This document shows positions 29,928 to 42,200 of a stretch of DNA of 64,000 nucleotides, one piece after another; position 1 is the stretch's first letter; each line of letters begins with the position of its first letter. This DNA comes from Blepharisma stoltei ATCC 30299. Taxonomy: Eukaryota; Protista; Ciliophora. Below the pieces are notes generated by a model, which was not told the DNA's origin, did no database searches, and saw only the letters and a program-made list of their open reading frames with translations. Made by a program: the position numbers and the translations under genes. The stretch is from positions 234,073 through 298,072 of the forward strand of contig CBFDEM010000061.1 in NCBI GenBank assembly GCA_965603825.1, given 5' to 3'.

Positions 29928-30218
29928 TTAAAAAATATGGTTATTTGAGCTTTGGATAGAAGGCGCTGATAAGTCTTGGGCTTTTCAAAACTCAAGCTCA
30001 AATAATTTGGGTGATACTGGTAGATTGCATTTGGCAAAAGGTGAAGATTCTTCAATGAATTGAGATGGACATCTTTCAGCGCAAATTTTTCCATCGATTA
30101 TGTACTTAAACTTCATATCTGTGCAAAATCCAAATATACTATTCTTTTGGAACGATGGTAAAGCTTTAATATGATATGAGAGCAAAATAAGCTGAAATAG
30201 CTTTATTATTGACCTCAT
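29928..30218 (-). pseudogene. Truncated duplicate of the G4 N-terminus (96 aa: signal peptide, first Cys motif, start of module 1)
   Basis: MRSIIKLFQLILLS...CPSQFIEESSPFAKCNLPVSPKLFELEF-W(TGA)-KAQDLSAPSIQSSNNHIF-TAA(29928-29930). DNA at ~30008-30056 is nearly identical to G4 ~29272-29320. Homology stops at about 29940. Confidence 0.75.
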
Positions 30219-30915
30219 AAAATAAAATATAAATCAAATTTTTTTAATTAGTTTTCATCAGGATTATATATCGAGAATTTAATTGCTTATTTTGTCTGAT
30301 TATATATAGATGATCAAATAAAGATTATTTAATTATTAATTTTAGAGGATTGTCTGGCGAAAAATAAATTCGCTCAATATAAAATTAAGGATTCAATAAT
30401 TTTATAAAATTTTCGCTGTTTAAATAGAGTAAACAAAAGTCAACATAAGCAACTAAATATTTTTGATATTAAATAGTTAAGGGTTTGTGTTGAAATAATT
30501 GGTTTTTGCTAAAAATAAAATCCCTTTTAATTTTGATCTGGATTAAAGAATAATTTTTTTTGAATATATTCGAATGCAGGTGATATACTATTAGCTGAAT
30601 ATAGCCTTGAGCATATTTCAATTAAGTAGTGCATATTATATGCTCTAAAGTATTTATTTGCTCGAAATTTAATTTTATTAAAAAAGTATTAAATGCTTCG
30701 CCATTTTTAAAGCTTAATTATATTTTATAATTGAATTCTAAAATTAATCAATTTTCTGACGTTGATGCATAAATTTTTAAAACTGCATTTAATAGCTTGA
30801 TTGACAAATTACTGCGTACAATTAAAAATAGTATAAAGAGACTATTATTATATGCGTTAGGATATTTGTTGAAGAAGAATACTGATTACTCTAAACCTAA
30901 ATTTTAGTAAATTAC

Positions 30916-33900
30916 TTAACTAAGAACCACTTTACTTTCTTGTAATGGATGAATACTAAACTTATCATTTCTATACCGATGAATTTTATGTCTAATAATT
31001 TGATAAATTGTTCTCAAGAAAATACTAACAGAAGAAAAAAACTGTGCTCCCATAATTATCATGGAAATGAAAATAATTGCATTTTCTATGCCAGAAATTA
31101 TGCTTGAGCTTACTTCAAATAAATAAAAGGAAGTTGCACACATAATAACACCTATCATAATTTCGCTTATTAAATTGGATATCTGTAGAATTCTATCTTT
31201 AAATGGCCTATAAAAAATTAAATAAAAAATGCTCATCAAAGAACATATAATATTTATAAAGACTTGAGTCTTTGGGTATTCACACAAAAACACTAAATTG
31301 ACTGTGTACAAAAGTCTTCTTATAAAGAAAACAAAATAATAAAGAGAATATATAAAGCCTTTTTCAGTTTGAAATTCATAAAAAAATGAATCATAGAGCA
31401 GTGCGAAGTTTCTTTGATTTCTTTGGATTTTGTATCTATTTTTATAGGTAAAATAAAAAAAGGCAATAGGGGAAGCGATTAATAATGAAAATACACCGAA
31501 ACAAATAACAATATTTACTATTTGAATTGCATTATCACTTTTTAACTTCACTAGTCCTACAGCTGCTGCAGCACCAAGCTCAAGGTAGCATTGCAGTCAG
31601 AATCTTATATAAAACGAGTATTTTAAATTTTTGAATAAATTTTTAAACCTTTTGCCAACTAATCTATATGAGCAATCTGCTAAATATATTATAAATGGCA
31701 ATGATATCATTGAAGCTATAATGATTGAGAAATCATCGCCTTGATTTAATAAAATTTGATCTGTATTGTACCCATATTTAAGAGCTTGAGCATAAGCTTT
31801 ATTCCCATCTTTTTCATCTATTGCATGTTCAAAAAAATTAGGAAAAAGGTTATAAGAATTCAAATTTGACAAAAATTGGCTCATTTTGTCAGAAAAAGGA
31901 ATTCCAGATAATGATAAATAGCTAAGAATCTGTAAGCAGTTCATCAAGCCTCATAAAGAGCTTGGATTGGGGTTTAAAAATGATAAAGCTATACTCCCTA
32001 TCACAGCACTTTGCACAACTGCTGTAGCTTTTGAAGCAATTGCAGCTACTACTAAATTATCAGGGCTTGGATCATACTTATTGAGTTTTGAGCTGACTGT
32101 TGAAGAATTTAGAGTTTCATTTCCAATAGATCTTACTTGTGATAAATCAAAAAATGTGGCGTTTACTATCGCATCTTGCTTGATTTTATCTTTGATATTC
32201 ATTGGGATGCTATAATATGTCGTATTTATCTGCTCAAGTTCTCATGCGAAATCTGGATTATCTTCTATTGCTATTTTAATGATATTTGCTTTCAGAGAAT
32301 TTTGCAAAGGATCTGAAAAATTAAGAGATAAAGAATTATTTTTAAATACTAAAAGGGTTACAAAAAAAGTAGGGTCAGTGGAATTTGTAGTTTCATTATG
32401 AGCGCTGTTGTCACAGTCAGTATCACATATGCACGTATTGTTCATGAGAGAAGCATTTGATTTGCAAGTTATACATCCGTTTTCAGAATAATCGATGCAA
32501 GTCTCACATAAGGAACTATAGCAAACTGAGCAAGACTCTCGACTATCCTTGCATCCTTTGCATTTTGAGTTGCACTTCGAACATTGATCATATTCAGGTC
32601 CTTCCCAATATTCAAAGATTTTACAATTAGGTAAGCATGATCCTTTTACATGGCAAACATCACAGTTCTCCAAGCAAGATGTAGCCGCCAATAACTTAAT
32701 ATCATAATCTGTATTAAAGATTTTTATCTCATATAAAAATCCTTGAAAGAAGTTCCCTATATTTTGAGATATTTGTTGAGCTCCGATGAGTGTAGCTGCA
32801 TTTAAGTTAATGTCTTGAAAATATCCAAACCCAGCAGTGGATATAGGATCTGGATTTGTATTTATGTAACACATTACAACAGTATTCCCATTACCGTCAA
32901 GCTTTACTAAAAACGCTAAATGACTTCACTTATAAGAGTTGAGAGGAGCCTGGCATGCGATAGAAACAACTGAATCCTTAATCAGCAACTGAAGAGCAGG
33001 CTTTGAGCTGCTTAAAATGATAGCATAAATGGTTGAATAATTGTTAGAAATATCAGTTTTTGAAAACAGAGATGAATTTTCATTTTCAATATTTAACCAT
33101 ATAGAAATCATAAAAATTGGTCCAATATTTAGTTTTGGTGTTACATAAGTTTTATACTCAGGCAACCTCATAACTGAAGATTTTCCATCAAAATAAAAGC
33201 CTCTTAAATAAGCACTTATCGGATCATCGTCTTCATAATTTGGATAAAACTTATCTAATGACCCTGTAATTACTGGAATTGAATTTGCGCTATCATAAAT
33301 GATTCCGCTGATACTGCTTAAGCTTATGTCAAAAACGAGATCTTCCTTCAACAAGCATTCGTTTGTAGATTTCGTGTATCCTAAAGGGCAATCAGATAAA
33401 CAAACATTCGCTTTAGATAAATAATAATAACCCGATATGCATGATGTGCATTGATAATAAAGCAGCCCAGTGCAGTCTGAGCAGAATTTATAGCATGCTA
33501 AGCATTCAGCTTTGCCAGGCGTTTGAGTATACCCTTTATTGCATTCGCATGGGCTTCCTGATGCATTGGCTGCACACAATATGCAAGAGTTAGTTGAAAA
33601 TGATGAGCACTTTAGACATAAATCGTTTTCACAAAGACCACATGAATCTGCCCTTACACAACCATTTTTGCATGATACTAAGCATTTTTCACAGCTCGAT
33701 CCATCGAAATAGTGATCATAATCGCAGTTTCATAAGCAGTCTAAACTAGAACCTGGCTCACAATTAAAATAATTCATACCATCCATAAAGCTTGGAATAG
33801 TTTTCTGTCATAATTGAAAATAGCTTATGAATCCATAAAAGTCGGAAGACCCAAGATATAGCGATCCTCCCGAATGCGGTCTAAAAACGCAATCATCTAT

Positions 33901-35511
33901 GGTGGTTGGATGCTCAGGTAAAGCATCAATATAAGGCGTGATTGTTGAAATTCCATTATAGAAATATTGAACTGAATAAGAAATGCAGTTTCATTGGTGC
34001 GTATTTATTGATAATGATGCGGAAGCAGATATACTTGTTCCGTTTGATCTTTCAAATGTAACATCAATTGCTCCATTAGAATGTATAAGAATTTTATTTC
34101 CAGTGAATCAGACATAAGTGCCACTAATTGGATAAACCCACATTAGAACACTAAATGTGTGACACAAGTTTATAGGTGCTACCAAGTAAGTGTCAGGAAT
34201 AAAATAGAGCCCTCTCATTTTTGCTGGTAGCGGATCTGTGCTTTCTGGGGAATTTCAGTAGTTATAGCTAGATGCGCTCGTTGATGTTATTAAAGGATCA
34301 TAAACTCCTGCAAAATCAGTAGTAAAATCAACTGAAATGATAGGTACAGAATAATCACTAGATCCGTCTGGGGTTGCATACAGACAAATTCCATCAATAA
34401 GAACTTTTCCAGTAGCACAACCAGAGCTATCCCAAGTTGATTTGCAGCTATCTGCTAGCCAGTCGCAACAATAAGGAAGTATACCTGTTTTACATTTTGT
34501 GCACATTCCAGCTGAATATCCATCGCATGTTAAGCAATCTGTTGCATAGCATATGGAGCAATCAGTAGATCGTATACATCAAGGCCATTTTTGACAAGAA
34601 TCATCACACGCTATGCAATCATCAGAATATTTATTATCATAACATGAAGATTCTTTACCTAAGTCTCAAAAAGCCGATGTTAAGTCATTTCTCGCTTCAA
34701 TTCAATATAAGAATCCCTGGAAAGAGCCTGATCCTGATTTCCCAATTGTTCACAAATAATTTCCACTTGGAAAATTTGCTTCTTGTAGAGTGAAAAGATT
34801 GTCCACAAGCATATTTGATGGGGTCCCTTCACTATAAATAGATAGATAAACTGTGCTACAATCTACTTGGTTAATCTGAATTGAATAATACTTTCACACA
34901 GAATCAACTGGTGGGCTTGTAATTTTAAGTGCATTTTCATTATCATCATTTGAATTTTGAGCAATAATTATAAAAATTAAGGTATCTCATCCATTTTCAT
35001 CAAAATCATACCTTCATTCTATATAGTTTTGTGAATTTAAATTTACAGTCAAAATATTACCATGATTATACGGAAAAATCCAAGCATTTGCTGTAAAATA
35101 AAGAGATGGGATATAGTGCTGGTTGCTTGTTATAGATGAAGTTTGGGCAAAATAAAATCCGCGGTCTATTGTAGGGAGTGGAGCAGTTTGGCTTAAAATA
35201 TAAGACACTCCTGAAGGATTCATTCATTTATCTGCGGCATCGATGGAGCTTGCTATAAAAGTTTCTGATAGATTTTGGGATTTTGAAAATTCAAGCTCAA
35301 ATAATTTAGGGGATGTTGGAAGGTTGCACCCTGCGCATATACTAAGTACGCACTTCTTACTAAATTTTGAAGGGCATTTTGAAGCGCAAACTTTATTATC
35401 AATCTTATAATGATAGGTCAAATCTATACATTCATTAGAAACCATATGCTTTGGGCATTCTGAAAACGTCAACACTATTTTGGAGATAAAAATTGCTAAT
35501 AAAAACTTCAT
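30916..35511 (-). CDS. G5: ~1531-aa paralog, 3 modules plus ~9-TM domain
   Basis: Eight co-framed ORFs with TGA breaks and TAA at 30916-30918. Signal peptide MKFLLAIFISKIVLTFSEC. Module motifs at ~35155, 34205 and 33195. Confidence 0.9.
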
Positions 35512-35627
35512 TATTATAGAATTGATTAAATTTTCAGCGTAATTTTATTAAGCAGAATATGAAGAAGTCTAATCTTTTTAATTTACAGGCATTACCAATT
35601 TGATTTTCAACTTGAATTAATTTAAGT

Positions 35628-35972
35628 GATAATGTATCAAAAGAGGGAATTAAGCCAGAGCTTGTATTGCATATAGATTTTGGAAGAACGAAAGTGGGAG
35701 GGTGAAATTCCTAGATTTTGGTGGCTGGGTTCGGCCAAGGAATGATCGAATTAAAATCATTAAAAGTTGATGGAAATGGAATTGAAGTGATTACTTGAGT
35801 TACTGCTGATTTCTCTGATGGAGTTGAAGTATAGCAGAAATTCTTTTTGTTTAATTTTTATTGAAAGCTAGTACTGATAATAGTGAAGCTGGCGATGGTG
35901 GTGCTGATAATTGTGACAGTGCTCTTGACAGCGATACTATTTATAGCATGTCTTCGAGGTGAAAATGATTAA
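35628..35972 (+). pseudogene. Possible decayed plus-strand ORF ending in a hydrophobic helix
   Basis: GC-richer island in an AT-rich spacer. One frame reads DNVSKEGIKPELVLHIDFGRTKVGGWNS*ILVAGFGQGMIELKSLKVDGNGIEVITWVTADFSDGVEV*QKFFLFNFYWKLVLIIVKLAMVVLIIVTVLLTAILFIACLRGEND*, with TAG at 35712 and 35832. Confidence 0.25.
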
Positions 35973-36289
35973 GGAAAATTAGCTGTATGCTTGCCTAATT
36001 CTTTGCTGTTGAAGTGAGGATTTTAGAAGATTATTGGGAAAATGAGAGGAATGCTGCATTTTTGAAGCATTTATAAATAAATAGCTTTGGCTCTAATATA
36101 ATAATTTAATTATTGCTATTTTCAAAATTTAAGCTATTCTTTAGCTCTATAAAAATTTTTGGAGATTTGTTTTTTTATTTATCTGATTTATTTAGAAATA
36201 AATTAGCTTAAATACTTCTAATACTTTAACATAGTTTAACTTTCTCAAACAGAATTTTCTATTAATTCAAATAAAAAAATATTTATAGC

Positions 36290-39200
36290 TTAATTTACAG
36301 CTTTATAAGCTGGATTTTCGTCATTATTTGCAATTTCAATTTTCCCATATTTGCTGCGTATCACTTGATACAAGGTCCTTACAAAAATTGCAACTGAGCT
36401 GGAAAATTGAACAGCAATTGCTATTGCAACAATAATAACCATAGAGCTCTCTATACCTGTAATAATTTCTTGCTCTGTATTGAACAAATAAATTGATGAT
36501 AGCATCATAACTATAAAAACCAATATCTCAGTAAATAAATTGGTTATTTGTAAGATTGGATCTTTAAAAGGTCAGCAGAAAAGTAAGTGGATTATTGTCA
36601 TTAAGGAAAGTACAGCATTTATGGTGACTTCTGTTTTTGGGTAGTCTCTTAAATACACTAAATTTATTATATAGATCAACCTTCTTGCAAAAAATATTAA
36701 ATAATATTGTGTTGCAAGCAGTCCTTTTTCAGTTCGGAATTCATAGAAAAAGGTGCCAAACAATGAATGAAAAGTTTTTTCACCTAAAAGAATTTTATTT
36801 TTATATCTGTAAGATAGCAAAAAAAATAGAGGCGGGGTAAAAACTAAAAATAGATAAACCAACAAACATAAAATAATATTTATAATCTGTGTAGGGTTAT
36901 TTTGACAAAACGAGACAAGTCCGATACTAGCAGCAGCACCCAATTCTAGATAGCATTGGATCCAAAATCTCAAATAAAACGAATATTTATAAGATCTTAT
37001 TGTCTTTTTAAATTTTTTACCAAATCATCTATAAGAGCATCTAGAAAGCAGTAAAACTATCGGAAATGGAGATATAGAGACCAGAATAAATGTAAAATCA
37101 TTTCCTTGATTTATTAATATCAGATTCGAATCAAACCCAAACTTTTCGGCTTGAGAATATGGAGTATTCCCTTCATTTTTATCTATAAAATATATAAAAG
37201 CATTTGGAAGTAGGTTAAATGAATTTAAGCTGTTCAAAAATGCACTCATTTTGCTTGATAGTGGGATTCCTGATAAAGTCAGGTAGCTTAAAATCTGCAA
37301 AGTATTCATCAGACTCCATAGAGAGCTTGGACTGGGATTAATAATTGATAAAGCAGTAGCAATGGAAATTATACTTTGTGTTCCGGCTATCGTTTGAGAA
37401 GTAACGGCTTCAATAGCAGTCAAATATGGCGCTGGATCATAATAATTAAGAGAAACAGAAAGTTCATATGAATTTAAAATTCCATTAGAAACTGATCTCA
37501 ATTTAGTCAAATCCAAAAAAACAAGAGACGCCAGTGTCCCGCTAGAGATTATATGTTCAAAGCTTAAAGTAATATAGTAGCAGGTATTATTAACCTTTTC
37601 AAATTTTCATGAAATTTCATAATTTTTGATCTTAATAATAAAATCATCAGCTTCAAGATCACTTGCAAGATCATCTGAAAAAGTGAGATATAAGGAATTA
37701 TCATCTGAGGCTGTAAGCTTTGCAGAAAAGTCAACTAAGGTACAGTTGCTAATTCCATTATACCCAAGAGTGCAATAGCATAAACCGTTTGATAGTCTTG
37801 CATTCTCAACACAAATTATGCACTTTGTAAGAGATTCACAAGCAGAACAAAGGTTTGGGCAAGAGTAAAAATGCCCATCAGGACCTCGAAATCCTCCTGA
37901 TTTAATAGGAATACATGTGCTGTTATTAGAAGAATCTATCACAAAATCTATATCGCAGACACAAGAATCAGGATTTTTGGCGTTTTCTTTACAAACCACA
38001 CATCCGGTTTCAGAGTAATCGATGCAATCTTCACATAGTAGATCATTACAGAGAGAGCAAGTTCAGTTTCTGCAGCTTTTTGTACATTTTATGTCGCATA
38101 GAGAGCAGGCATTATAACTTGGACCACTCCAAAATTCATTTATTTTGCAGTTTGGAATGCATATTTCATCAGTAGGGCAGACACCACAACTTTCAGTGCA
38201 GACAGCAGTTGACAGTCCACTTATAGGTATTATAGCATTGAATATTTGAATGGTATAGATAAAGCCTTGGAAAAAATTATATAATATTTCTGGTGAGGCC
38301 TGGGCACCAATGATTAACGCTGTATCTAGGCTTCTATCTCTAAAATATCCATAAACTGTTATCATAGATGAATCGGATACACCATTAACATAGCTAGATA
38401 TTGTGCAGTCTTGCTTACTAGTAATTTGTAGTGAAAAAGCTATATGGTTTCATTTATATTCACTCAGTGATGCTTTAGAAGTATATAAAATAGGAGAAGA
38501 ATTCATTATCAAAAATAATGCTGGACTGTTGGCCATTAAATAGACTGCCCAAATTGTTGATGAGTCAGAATTGCTATGCTTTGACATAATTGAAGAGAAG
38601 GGAGCTTCGGGATTTAGCCATATAGAAATTGTAAAAACTGGTGCAATTAAGAGCTTTGGAGATGTAAAATTTGAATAATCAGGCAGTCTTAAAACACTAG
38701 ACTGCCCATTAAAATAGAATCCTCTTAAATAAGCAGCTATTGGGTCGTCAGCTTCATAATTTGGATAAAACTGTTTAGTTGAGCCAGATACTACCGGAAT
38801 CGAGCTTGCCTTGTCATAAATGATTCCTTCTAATGTATTCAAATCTAAATCAAAAATCTTTTCTTTAACTTTCACACACTGATTTCCAGATGGAGAAAAC
38901 CCTAAAGGGCAAGGCGATAAGCAAACTCCTGAGAAGAGATAGAACCCATCAATACAAGTTAAGCATTTAAAATAGTCAAATGAAACGCAGGTTTTGCAGT
39001 AAATATCGCATCCTTCACAAATTTCACTGTCCTTATTGAAAGAAAATCCAGTGTTGCATTGGCAGCTTAAGCCTATTAAGCTTGCATTTTCTTTACAAGC
39101 AATGCATGCGCTTGGATAGCCATCACATTCATCACAAGTATGGCCTTCACAGCCTGAGCATTCAACAGCGCTAAAAAAGCTACATATTTTGCATAGAGGG

Positions 39201-42200
39201 TCATAACAAATGTTGCAAGAATTTAGTCTCCTGCACCCAAATGAACAAGTACTACAAGATTCGCATGCAGCTCCTGTGTAAAATTGAGAAATGTCGCAAT
39301 TTCATAAGCAGCTTCGTCCCATTCCGGCTCCACACAAGTTGTCAATTTGGGCTGAAAAATTGTTGATAGCTGAATTTCATATAGTTACCCAATATAAAAA
39401 TCCTGAAAATAGAGCATTTGAAGAACTTTTCCCAAAAATAAGATTTGATGCAGTGGAATCTCGGAATATTTTATTGCCAGAAATTATTGGGATACTTGGG
39501 ATATTGTCAATGTAAGTAGTAATGATGGAATCGCCATTAAGATAATCTACTGAAATTGATAAATAGCTCCATCCATCAAGACTCATTGGCAATGTTGCCA
39601 GTGAGCTAATTAATTGTAATGGACTTTGCAAATTAATTACCAACTTACCGCTGCTGTTTATTATAAAGCCATTTTCCTTTTCTAAAAAATCACCAGCGCT
39701 TTTTACAAGGACTCATAAACCTAAAGAGAAACTAGTCGATAAATATAAAGATACTGAGCTTTTTAAGAATTTTCCATTTGAAAAATAAAGTCCTCTGTGA
39801 GTAGCTGGAATTGGATCATCATTTTCAGGGCTATTAAAAAAATAATAGGTATTTGAATTCTCACCTGCTTCGAAAATTCCATAATTTCCTTTAAAAGTAC
39901 CATAAAAAGAAGTATCAACTATTGGCGATGATGTACTGGTACAACCAGAATTACTGAATCCAGTAGGACACTGATGTAGACAGACAGCTCCTACTAAAGT
40001 TTTTGCAGTAACGCAAGAAGTGCATTCAAAAAAATAGCTTCCAGCACAGCTACTACAAAGAATGTCACAGATTTCGCAGGTTTCTGACGATTGAATCCAA
40101 ATAGAATTAGGATTGCAAGCACAGTTTCCGCTGTTTAATGAAGCGCTTGCAATGCAAGATGTGCAGTCTCCATCAAATTTTGTGCAAGAAAAGCACTCCT
40201 TTTGCTTGCACAATCGGCAGGTTAGAGCTGATCTGCACCCATATGTACTACAGCTTCCTAAGCAATCACTGCAAGAAGATGAATAAAACTTTCCAAATTC
40301 GCAAGAGTCAGGGCATATTTTTTCCGAAGGACAGTTTGTGCATCCAGAAGAGCATCCAGATCCAATTCATTCGCTTAATGAATGCAAATTATCGTTATAT
40401 ATTTTTAAACTCCACAAAAATCCAGTAAATGAGTCAGAAATACTTTGTTTCCCTATAGTAATCTGCCCTAAACTCATAAAGGGCTGTTTATTAGTGCTTG
40501 ATAAGTTTGAAATTGAGCTTCCATCTAAAATATATGATGCTATAGAATACCCATTAACGATATCAGAACAAAATGCTATGTTGTGCCAAGCACCAAATAA
40601 GTTTTCTGTTCCTGTTAGAGTTATTGCTGATGAGTCTTGCAATTGCACTATGAAATTTATATATCCACTTGCAGAAACTGAAGCAACCATAAGTAAAACA
40701 GATCCATTCAATTGCGATATTATATTTCCCTGAGAAATTGGCCTTGCTCATATGGTAATCGTAAATCATGGACTTATAATGAGGCTTGCAGCTGAAGTCA
40801 TGTATTTTCCAGAAGAAAAATAATATCCCCTGCTTATAGAAGGAATGGGATCTGCTGCATCAAAAGAAGGGTAGGGGTCAGATGATGAGCCTACTGTAAA
40901 ATCATCCACTGAATCTAAATAAATTAAATTTTGCAAAGCCAATGAAATTATAGGAGTTGCTGGAGGATTTGTGCACTGATTTAAAGAAGTATCTTGAGTG
41001 TAGCCTGCTGGGCATGAGGAAAAGCATTGATTATTAAGCAGATAATAGTTTGATTTGCAAGTTATGCATTGATTGTACACCAAATATCCAGTACAACTTG
41101 CACACCCGATTGTACAGGCCCAATTGCATGAAAGCCCGTCTCCTGAAACTAAATAGTTTGTATTGCAAGCACACACTCCTGCTGAAGGTGTTGCATTCGA
41201 AACACAGTTAATGCATTCTCCTGAATCAAATCCACTACAAGTATCACATAGTAAATCATAGCAAATATTACAATTTTGACTTCTTCTGCATCCTAAACTG
41301 CATGAATTGCAGCTGCTGCATGAAGATCCCGTATAATAGTTATTTATATCACAAGTTCACAGGCAACTTTTGCCTAGCCCAGTTCCACATAAATTATTTA
41401 CTTGTGAAGAAAAATCAGTAATTGGGACATTTCATAGCGTAAACCAATAAATAAACCCCTGAAAGGTAGCAGTTGTGCTTTTTCCTATATACAAAGTTTT
41501 CGAAGCTTGATCTCGGAAAATCTTACCATTTACAGTAATAGGTGTTACTGCTTCATTATTAGAGTAAATAGTAATAGATGTCGCTGTGATCGAAGAAATC
41601 ACTGTAAATGATATATGGTTTCATCCAGGTGGATTCGAGATAGCTGGAGTAATAATTGGAGTTACAGCTTCGTTTAGGTCTTCAAGTAAAATTTTTAATG
41701 AGCCATTAGATGATAAGGCCGCATAAGTTTCTTTATATATTATGTCACCATTTGATATAGAATATATTCAAGTACCTACTGAAAAACTATGTGAAAGATA
41801 CACCTCTGCACTAGAGTATATATATTTTCCAGAAGAAAAATAAAGTCCTCTTTTATAAGCAGGAATGGGATCAGCAGATTCTGGTGAATTTCAAAACTGA
41901 TAGGTATTTAAGCTTGCCCCTGTTATGAAAATGCTGTAGCTCCCCGCAAAATCTCCATAAAAAGTCTGATCGATTACAGGGTTTGTAACATTTTTACAAT
42001 GAGGAGAAGTGAATCCATAGGGGCATTCACGAATGCATAAATTCCCAACAGCAAAATTGCAGGTAGTGCATAGAAAGTATCCAGCTGCAGAACAAGTCTG
42101 GCAGTTTTGTGTGGTTTCATTAAAATATGCATCAGTGTCGCAATAGCAAGAGCCATATTCTAAGTAAGCATTGGGTATACAAGAAAAGCAGTCTCCCGTG

